Positions 25,821-32,000 of a stretch of DNA of 32,000 bases are shown here, piece after piece. Origin of the DNA: an uncultured Chloroflexia bacterium (GTDB taxonomy: Bacteria; Chloroflexota; Anaerolineae; Anaerolineales; Anaerolineaceae); contig OY969938.1 of assembly GCA_963704755.1 (NCBI GenBank), positions 2,760,001-2,792,000 on the forward strand, read 5' to 3'. The notes below the pieces were generated by a model that worked only from the letters and a program-made list of their open reading frames with translations, searched no databases and was not told the DNA's origin. How positions within the stretch are numbered: the stretch's first letter is position 1; each line of letters begins with the position of its first letter. The position numbers and the translations under genes were made by a program.

Positions 25821-25847
25821 TTATCGGCCGCCGGCCGGGAATCTTTA
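25821..25847 (-). promoter_or_regulatory. Sigma-28 (FliA)-dependent promoter for flgM-flgN-flgK-flgL
   Basis: The minus strand reads TAAA (25844-25847), N15, GCCGATAA (25821-25828), an exact match to the TAAA-N15-GCCGATAA consensus. The TAAA overlaps the flgG stop codon. Confidence 0.8.
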
Positions 25848-26585
25848 CCCCTTGCGCATATTGATTGCGATCGAAATCATATCATCTGTCTGTTGGAACG
25901 TTTTTACAGACATTTGAAAATTGCGTTGCAGGGTCATTATGTTGGTCATTTCCCTGGTCATGTCCACGTTTGACTGTTCGATCGCGTGTGAGCTGATCCA
26001 CCCGCTGGTCGAATTGGGGGCCGCCACCTGGGCCGCGCCAGAGGCATCGGAGACGCCCCACAGGTTGTTGCCCAGGTTGATGAGGGCCGTCGGGTTGGCA
26101 AAGCGGGCCAGTTCCACATGGCCGGCTTCGACGGTGCTGCCATCTTCGAGCTGGACTTCGACGGTGCCATCCGCCTGGACGGAGATATCGCTCATGTTAT
26201 CGGGAATTTGTCCGTCCCAGACGAGTTTGTTGCCGTTGGCGGTTACCAGGTTATTATCCGAGTCCAGTTGGAATTCACCGTTGCGGGTATAGCCGGTGCC
26301 GCCGTCGGCTAATTTCACCTGGAAGAACCCCTCACCCTGGATGGCCCAATCCAGCGGGTCGGTCGAGCTTTTCAGATCGCCTTGCTGGCTGATCATCTGC
26401 GTGCCGGATAAGGTAACACCCTCCTTGCTGCTGGCTTCGAGCAGTTCCTGGAAGTTGGAGCGGCTGGCTTTGTAGCCGTTGGTGTTGACGTTGGCCAGGT
26501 TATTGGCGGTCACATCCAGATCCGCCATGCGGTTCATGATGTCCTGGCGGGATATATTAAGGATTTGGAAGAGGGAAGAAGACAT
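25845..26585 (-). CDS. flgG: Flagellar basal-body rod protein FlgG (distal rod)
   Basis: 246 aa. N-terminal LDVTANNLANVNTNGYK and C-terminal SNVDMTREMTNIMTLQRNFQMSVKTFQQTDDM rod-protein motifs. Confidence 0.88.
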   Translation of the reverse strand: MSSSLFQILNISRQDIMNRMADLDVTANNLANVNTNGYKASRSNFQELLEASSKEGVTLSGTQMISQQGDLKSSTDPLDWAIQGEGFFQVKLADGGTGYTRNGEFQLDSDNNLVTANGNKLVWDGQIPDNMSDISVQADGTVEVQLEDGSTVEAGHVELARFANPTALINLGNNLWGVSDASGAAQVAAPNSTSGWISSHAIEQSNVDMTREMTNIMTLQRNFQMSVKTFQQTDDMISIAINMRKG

Positions 26586-26602
26586 TGCGGGTTCTCCTGG
26601 AA

Positions 26603-27364
26603 TTAGCCTACCCGTCCGAGGGTGGATATGGTCTTGCCTAAAAGGTCATCCTGGGTCTCGACCATCTTGGAGGCTGCCTCATAGGAGCGGGCGACCTCTT
26701 CCAATTGGGTCATCAGTTGCGTGGGATTGGCATTGGAGGCTTCCAGGGTTTTCTGTACCACCGCGGAAGTTCCCTCGCCGGTTGATTCGGCCGGCCCGCT
26801 GAACAGGTTGCCTTCGGCGCGTTTTAACTCATTGGCCGGGTCGGCAAAGGTTGCCAGGCCTAATTTGCCGGCTTCGTCGCCATTGACGCTGATGGTGCCG
26901 TCCTGCCCGACCTCGAAATCGCCGTCGGGTAATTTGATTGGCTGGCCGTTGTCGTCCAGAACGTTGTACCCATCCACCGTGACCAGGTTGTTATCGGCGT
27001 CGCGGATGAAACGGCCGTCACGGGTATAACGCTGGCCGTCCGGCGTTTGCACGGTGAAAAATGCGCTCCCGTCGATGGCCAGGTCGTAATCGTTGCCGGT
27101 GTTTTCCAGGCCGCCCTGCGAAAAGTCGGTGGTCTCACCGCCCGACATGGTCCCCAGGCCCAGGTCGCCCACATAGGTCAACTGGTTATCGCCTAGTACG
27201 TTGCCGGGAGAATACAGGACCGGGGTACTTTTGAAATCTTCCACCGACGAAAGCACCTGTTTGAAGCCGGGAGTATCCAGGTTGGCTACGTTGTGGGCCA
27301 GGGTCTGCTGCCGGTCGGTGTTCATGACCATCGCGGATGCGGCTGCGTATAATCCTTTGATCAT
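26603..27364 (-). CDS. flgF: Flagellar basal-body rod protein (FlgF/FlgG paralogue)
   Basis: 253 aa. N-terminal LAHNVANLDTPGFK and C-terminal SNANPTQLMTQLEEVARSYEAASKMVETQDD. ATGA overlap with the upstream gene. Confidence 0.85.
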   Translation of the reverse strand: MIKGLYAAASAMVMNTDRQQTLAHNVANLDTPGFKQVLSSVEDFKSTPVLYSPGNVLGDNQLTYVGDLGLGTMSGGETTDFSQGGLENTGNDYDLAIDGSAFFTVQTPDGQRYTRDGRFIRDADNNLVTVDGYNVLDDNGQPIKLPDGDFEVGQDGTISVNGDEAGKLGLATFADPANELKRAEGNLFSGPAESTGEGTSAVVQKTLEASNANPTQLMTQLEEVARSYEAASKMVETQDDLLGKTISTLGRVG

Positions 27365-27801
27365 TGGCTAGCACCTCCTATGGAACTGCTCTGTTGGGAA
27401 GTATCCAAAACCAGGTTGACCTCTTCGCGGGTCATGCCCAACTGTTTGGCAATGTCCAGGTCGTTCATATTCGCCGCGGACATGGCCGTTACCAGGCGGT
27501 TACGTTCGTTGATTGTGGCTGAAGGGTCGCTCATCGTTGAAAGAGAGTTCTTGTCTTGCGAAATCTCCAGGAGCTTCTGGAAATCCGATTGAGCCATAAG
27601 CCCGGTAGGGGTGGCAGGGGTCGTTGCGGCTGAAGAAGTGGCTGACGCGCTGCGGTTGGTCTTGACCAGGTCGCGCATGCCGTTCATAACCGGGGATAAC
27701 TGATCGGCCTGGTCTGTTTTTCCGCGGGCCAGGGCCGTCTCACGTAAAAGCTGGACGAGACTGTAGGTGTCTTCTAGAGATACTTTTGGAATACTACTCA
27801 T
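27361..27801 (-). CDS. Hypothetical protein translationally coupled between fliA and flgF
   Basis: 146 aa. Its start overlaps the fliA stop (ATGAGTAG) and its stop overlaps the flgF start (ATGA). It has an N-terminal helical region, an S/T/A-rich linker (SASATSSAATTPATPTG) and a C-terminal HTH-like segment (MNDLDIAKQLGMTREEVNLVL). Confidence 0.7.
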   Translation of the reverse strand: MSSIPKVSLEDTYSLVQLLRETALARGKTDQADQLSPVMNGMRDLVKTNRSASATSSAATTPATPTGLMAQSDFQKLLEISQDKNSLSTMSDPSATINERNRLVTAMSAANMNDLDIAKQLGMTREEVNLVLDTSQQSSSIGGASQ

Positions 27802-28549
27802 GATTCATAATCGCTTTCAGGTTCAGTATTGCGCGCGCATGGAGCTGGCAGACTTGTGATTCGGTGATGTCAAGAACCTTGCCAATTTCACGAAAGGTGA
27901 GGTCGTCGTAATAATATAAGGAAAGAATAGTTTGTTCGCGCTCAGGCAGCAGGCGGATAGCGTCCGCCATGCCGTCGACCAGGTCAGATTCTTCGGCTAC
28001 CCCGGAGGGGTCGGGCTGTTTCTCGTCGCAGATGCGTTCGTGCAGTGAGCCTTCATCGTCTTGCACCAGTTCGGTATTGTTATCCAGCGAGAGGAAAACC
28101 CGGTTTGAGTCGCTCAGCCCTTGCTGGACTTCGTCCAGGCCCAGGCCCAGCTTGACGGCGATCTCCTCTTCGGTAGGCTCGCGTTGCAGTTCTACCCACA
28201 GCGTGGAAACGGTCTTCTGGATGGAGCGTACCCGGCGGCGGGCCGAGCGCGGCATCCAATCGGAGTAGCGCATGTAATCCAAAATTTTTCCGCGGATGCG
28301 GACACTGGCAAAGGTGCTGAAGCGGGTGCCATAGGATGGATCGTAACGGTCCACCGCGTCGATTAACCCGAGCAGTCCCTGGTGGACCAGGTCTTCGTAC
28401 TCTGTGCCCATTTCACGGTTGATCCCCAGGCGGCCCAGCAGGTAATGCACCAGCGGCACCGATTGGAGTACCACCCGCTCGCGGTCTTCCGGCCGGCGAT
28501 GGACGAGGTACTGTTCGAGAATGGTTTCAGCTTCAGCTTGTAGCGTCAT
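27794..28549 (-). CDS. fliA: Flagellar RNA polymerase sigma factor (sigma-28, FliA/SigD)
   Basis: 251 aa. Region 2 is DLVHQGLLGLIDAVDRYDPSYGTRFSTFASVRIRGKILDYMR. Region 4 HTH is LTFREIGKVLDITESQVCQLHARAI. Confidence 0.92.
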   Translation of the reverse strand: MTLQAEAETILEQYLVHRRPEDRERVVLQSVPLVHYLLGRLGINREMGTEYEDLVHQGLLGLIDAVDRYDPSYGTRFSTFASVRIRGKILDYMRYSDWMPRSARRRVRSIQKTVSTLWVELQREPTEEEIAVKLGLGLDEVQQGLSDSNRVFLSLDNNTELVQDDEGSLHERICDEKQPDPSGVAEESDLVDGMADAIRLLPEREQTILSLYYYDDLTFREIGKVLDITESQVCQLHARAILNLKAIMNHE

Positions 28550-28640
28550 GATCTTTTTGTTCCGGTTTGGTCCTTAAATCTTTTGCGCTGTGATGAAAAT
28601 TTTCCTTCTATGATGAGATTTAATCTTGAGAACTGTCTTG

Positions 28641-28988
28641 TTATTTCGATCTGGCCGGTTGTTGGCCCAATGAGGATTCGCGCTGGTTTGAGTTTGCCTG
28701 GGCCGGCTGCTTGAGGACCGAGCTGAACTGGTAGGCGACCAGCCACAAAAGCGCCCCCAGGCCCACGGTGGTAACCACCACGCGGAGGAAGATATACACC
28801 ACGCCGGCACCGGCGAGATACGACAAAGCCGCCACGACGATATCCATGACGATGACGATGAAGACCGGCAGGGAAAATGCCATTTCCAGCAAGACCGGCA
28901 AGGGTGGGTTGACCCCTTTCTGGCCTATATCATTCGAGTCTGCCATGGCCGTTTCGGCGTCGCCGGCGTCTTTTAATTTCTTAGCCAT
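28641..28988 (-). CDS. Small hypothetical membrane protein (2-3 TM) occupying the usual flhG position
   Basis: ORF 28641..29000 trimmed to ATG 28988. That ATG lies 2 nt after the restored flhF stop, with AAAGGA 11 nt upstream. The hydrophobic core is LPVFIVIVMDIVVAALSYLAGAGVVYIFLRVVVTTVGLGALLWLVAY. Confidence 0.6.
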   Translation of the reverse strand: MAKKLKDAGDAETAMADSNDIGQKGVNPPLPVLLEMAFSLPVFIVIVMDIVVAALSYLAGAGVVYIFLRVVVTTVGLGALLWLVAYQFSSVLKQPAQANSNQRESSLGQQPARSK

Positions 28989-28990
28989 TG

Positions 28991-30290
28991 CTAAATCCAT
29001 CCTTTCCCGAACAGTGCGGCGGCCAGGCGGGAAGCGTCAGCAGCTTGTAGCGATCCGGAAGCCGATTTTCCATAAGTGAAATAGGTCAGCGGGAGCTGAT
29101 TCTTGCGAACTCAAGTTGTACACGTTGCCGAACGTGTAGGTCTCATCCAGTTTGGTGATCACCAACCCGTCGATGTGGAACACCTTAAGCACGGCGGCCG
29201 TCTGGGTCAGGTTGCTTTCTTTGCTGGCCGCGGAGGCTACCAGCAAAGTGCTCCGCCCGGGGACCTCGGTCAACAGTTCGCCCAATTGGACCAATTGGCT
29301 CTCGTCCATGGGGTTGAAGCCGGGCGTATCGAGGATGATCAGGTCGCTATCATGCTCGTTTTGCACGATCGCGCGCAGGTCGCTGGGTACATACACGATT
29401 TGCAGCGGTATCCCCAGTGCATCGGTGTAAGCCCTGGCCTCGGCAATGGCGCCGGTGTGGACCGTATCGGCGCATACCCAGGTGACTTTCTTCCCCAGCC
29501 GGTTGCGGTAATAGATCGCCAGCCGGGCGGCTGTGGTGGACTTGCCCACGCCGCTGGGCCCAATCAAGCTGACCACCGGCCGGCTGTTCAGCAGGATCGA
29601 GGCCGGCTGTACGTTGATCTCGGCTTCCAAAAGCTCGGAGAAATACTTCTTGCATAGGGCCGCGTCCTGCAGGATCGGCAGCGAATACGAATCGATGGCC
29701 ACCCGCACCAGCCGATCCACAAAATTCGCGTTCAGCTCTTGCGATAACAGTTGCTGGCGGATTTTTTGCACCGATTCAGGTAGATCGGCCGGCAGCGGTG
29801 CGCTGGGCTGGTCTTCGAGCATTTTCCGCGCCAGGGGCTTTGGCCTGGGTTTGATTTCGCTGACGACCTCGACTGTTTTTACCGGCGCCGGATTCGGGCT
29901 GGTTGTCAGCTCAATTTCCTGGCGAGAAAGGTAGCGTGGTTTCCAATGACTCTGCTTTTCCGGCTCGTCTTTCTTGACCTGGGCCAATTCGGTCGCCCAT
30001 TCGATCTTTGGCCGTTCCTCGATGAATTCGACGCCTTTGCCGTCGGCGCTTGGGCGCAAGACCAGGGCTGATTTTTCGACAGGTTCCTGTCCGGGTTCGG
30101 GCAGGTCATCTGGCAGTTCTGATTCGCGCATGGCCACGACTTCGACGCCTTTTTTGCGCCGCATCCCAAATTTACCGCCGCCCAGGGTGACCTCGCGCGC
30201 AGAAACGACGATTGCATCTGGTCCCAGTTCCTTCTGGATCAAGTGCAAAGCGTCGATCATGGTTTCAGCCTGATAGGTTTTGGTCAACAT
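28991..30290 (-). CDS. flhF: Flagellar biosynthesis GTPase FlhF, with an apparent 1-nt frameshift near the 3' end
   Basis: Start set at ATG 30290 (GAGGAA RBS; the ORF track extends to 30350). SRP-type GTPase motifs GPSGVGKSTT, DTPG and TKLDE. The annotated frame ends at 29037 with an unrelated tail. The +1 frame from about 29105 reads KNQLPLTYFTYGKSASGSLQAADASRLAAALFGKGWI and stops at 28991-28993. Confidence 0.88.
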
Positions 30291-30355
30291 AATTTCCTCG
30301 TTACTGCACAACCAATCGGGTACTTCCTGCGTAAGCCTGACTGGTTGCATTTCCT

Positions 30356-32000
30356 CTAGCTAATTTCAACAATGCCGTGGGCTTTTACTTTGGTGCCAGG
30401 GCTGACCTCTGAATAGGCCATTACCGCCAGGTTTGGCAAGGATTGTTCGACCAGGCGGCGGAAGGCCATACGCAGTTCGCGCGGGCAGATAATCAGGGGC
30501 AAATGCCCTTTTCCGGCCAGGGCTTCCATCTGGTCGCCGGTTTTCCGGATAATTTTTTGGGCAGTCAGGGCGTCGATCTGGAAAGCCGGGCCGCCTTCGG
30601 CGGCGACCAATGAACCGCGCAGGTTGGCTTCGATCTGCGGGGCGAGGGTGAAGACGTGCAGGGTGTTGGTCTCGTCGCGGTATTGGGCTGAAATGGTATT
30701 GGCCATCGTCTGGCGGACTGCTTCGGCCAGGATGTTGGGATCGCGGGTGACGCCGGCGTGGTTGGCCAGCACTTCCAGAATGCCGCTCAAATCGCGGATG
30801 GGTACCCGCTCGCGCAGTAGCCGGCGCAGGACGCCTTGCAGCTCGCCCAGGCTGAGCATTTCGGGAATGACCCCATCCACCGAAGCCGGTGACTTCTTGC
30901 GAAGCTGGTTGATCATTTCCTGCACCAGTTGGCGGCTCAACAAATCGGGGGCATAATTGCGCACTGTTTCGGTCAGGTGGGTGCACAGCATGGAGAGCGG
31001 GTTGACGACCGTGTACCCGCGCAGTTCTGCCTGGCCCTGTTCGGCTTCGGTGATCCACAGGGCCGGCAGCCCAAAAGCCGGCTCGCGCGTCTCGATGCCT
31101 TTGATCGGCTCTTCCACATCCGAGCCGGGAATGGCCAGTAAGCGGTCGAGGATAATTTCGCTGGTGGCAACTTCCTGGCCGCGGATCTTGATGCGGTAAG
31201 CCTGGGGTGAAAGGCGCAGGTTGTCGCGGATCCGCACAACCGGCAGTACCAGGCCGAGCTCGGCCATCAACTGCCGGCGAATTCCGGTGATGCGGCGTAA
31301 GAGGTTATCCTGTGCGTTTTCTTCGATCATCGGGATCAGGCTGTAGCCGATTTCCAGTTCGATGGGATCCACCACTACCATTTGCAGCATCTGTTCGGGT
31401 GTTTCCGGCTCGGTCGGCAGAACTTTGGTTTCCGGCTCGGCCTGGGCGGCTATTTCACGGGTTTTCATCCGGTCCACAAAATAGGCGGCCACCCCAAAGC
31501 CAACACTGATCAAGGCGAAGGGCAGTTTGGGCATGCCGGGGATAACCATCATCAAGGCCACGATGATGGCCCCAATCGCCAGCATGTTGAAATTGGAGAT
31601 TTGGCCGAACAGGTCGTTCCCCAGGGATTCTTCGGAAGTCGAGCGGGTCACGATCAGGCCGGCGGCGGCTGAAACGAGCAGTGAGGGGATTTGAATGGCC
31701 AACCCGGCGCCGATGGTCAGCAAGACGTAGGTCTGCAAGGCGGTGGACATGTCCATGCCGCGCTGTAAGATGCCGATCACAAAACCGCCGACGATGTTGA
31801 CCACCATGATGATGATGGCCGCAATCGAATCGCCTTTGACAAACTTGCTGGCGCCATCCATAGCCCCATAAAAATCGGCTTCGGTTTCGACGGCCTTGCG
31901 GCGGGCGCGAGCCTGGTTCTCATCGATCAAGCCGGCGTTCATATCGGCGTCGATGGCCAACTGTTTACCGGGCATGGCGTCCAGGGTAAAGCGGGCGGCG
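30356..32000 (-). CDS. flhA: Flagellar type III export apparatus protein FlhA (5'-partial; N-terminus lies beyond the window)
   Basis: The reading frame stays open to the window edge (…AARFTLDAMPGKQLAIDADMNAGLI…). It contains the conserved TM region, the linker and the large cytoplasmic domain, ending ...AVMAYSEVSPGTKVKAHGIVEIS. Confidence 0.93.
   Translation of the reverse strand, partial: AARFTLDAMPGKQLAIDADMNAGLIDENQARARRKAVETEADFYGAMDGASKFVKGDSIAAIIIMVVNIVGGFVIGILQRGMDMSTALQTYVLLTIGAGLAIQIPSLLVSAAAGLIVTRSTSEESLGNDLFGQISNFNMLAIGAIIVALMMVIPGMPKLPFALISVGFGVAAYFVDRMKTREIAAQAEPETKVLPTEPETPEQMLQMVVVDPIELEIGYSLIPMIEENAQDNLLRRITGIRRQLMAELGLVLPVVRIRDNLRLSPQAYRIKIRGQEVATSEIILDRLLAIPGSDVEEPIKGIETREPAFGLPALWITEAEQGQAELRGYTVVNPLSMLCTHLTETVRNYAPDLLSRQLVQEMINQLRKKSPASVDGVIPEMLSLGELQGVLRRLLRERVPIRDLSGILEVLANHAGVTRDPNILAEAVRQTMANTISAQYRDETNTLHVFTLAPQIEANLRGSLVAAEGGPAFQIDALTAQKIIRKTGDQMEALAGKGHLPLIICPRELRMAFRRLVEQSLPNLAVMAYSEVSPGTKVKAHGIVEIS

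Noticed and set aside
23719-31058. Off-frame and antisense ORFs within the flagellar genes (23719..24357, 25015..25368, 26721..27029, 29103..29657, 30366..31058 and others)
   Set aside because: They are fully nested in confidently identified flagellar genes and have compositionally biased translations.

Overview
High-GC bacterial chromosomal segment (about 60-70% GC by eye in most genes). The taxon cannot be fixed from sequence alone. The flagellar gene order is Firmicutes-like, and the intergenic repeat families resemble ones I associate with Chloroflexota-type genomes, so any assignment is tentative.

Layout, left to right:
1. Repeat mosaic (1-460).
2. marR-SDR pair.
3. CBS-domain gene.
4. 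lysC-asd plus a coupled unknown gene.
5. GT/CT-rich low-complexity tract and one IS element with a DDE (rve-type) transposase.
6. An 8-kb aromatic amino-acid operon: aroH, DAHP synthase, tyrA, aroA, aroE, aroC, aroK-aroB fusion, aroQ.
7. A roughly 900-bp cluster of nested REP/MITE-like repeats.
8. Minus-strand acyltransferase-3 gene and a GntR(YtrA-like)-SPFH operon.
9. A roughly 1.9-kb AT-rich islet encoding a zinc-ribbon/TM protein.
10. A SAM methyltransferase.
11. A minus-strand flagellar block that runs off the right edge: flhA(partial)-flhF-small membrane protein-fliA-unknown-flgF-flgG / flgM-flgN-flgK-flgL / csrA.

Most interesting observation: a 26-codon leader ORF sits immediately upstream of the aromatic operon. 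Eight of its codons 5-15 are Phe or Tyr (MQNSFSFYASFYFYYGHLSKTAGGGA). A textbook intrinsic terminator follows it, about 20 nt before aroH. This looks like a ribosome-mediated Phe/Tyr attenuator, apparently on a (near-)leaderless transcript.

Other notable points:
- flhF lacks an adjacent flhG, and csrA lacks an adjacent fliW.
- An uncharacterised gene is translationally coupled between fliA and flgF.
- A perfect sigma-28 promoter lies in front of flgM.
- An 8-bp-periodic TTGTAT array lies in the gntR leader.
- Several families of long palindromes and REP-like repeats are present.
- Three genes (asd, the transposase, flhF) each carry a single-base frameshift near the 3' end.

No tRNA, rRNA or CRISPR array was recognised.
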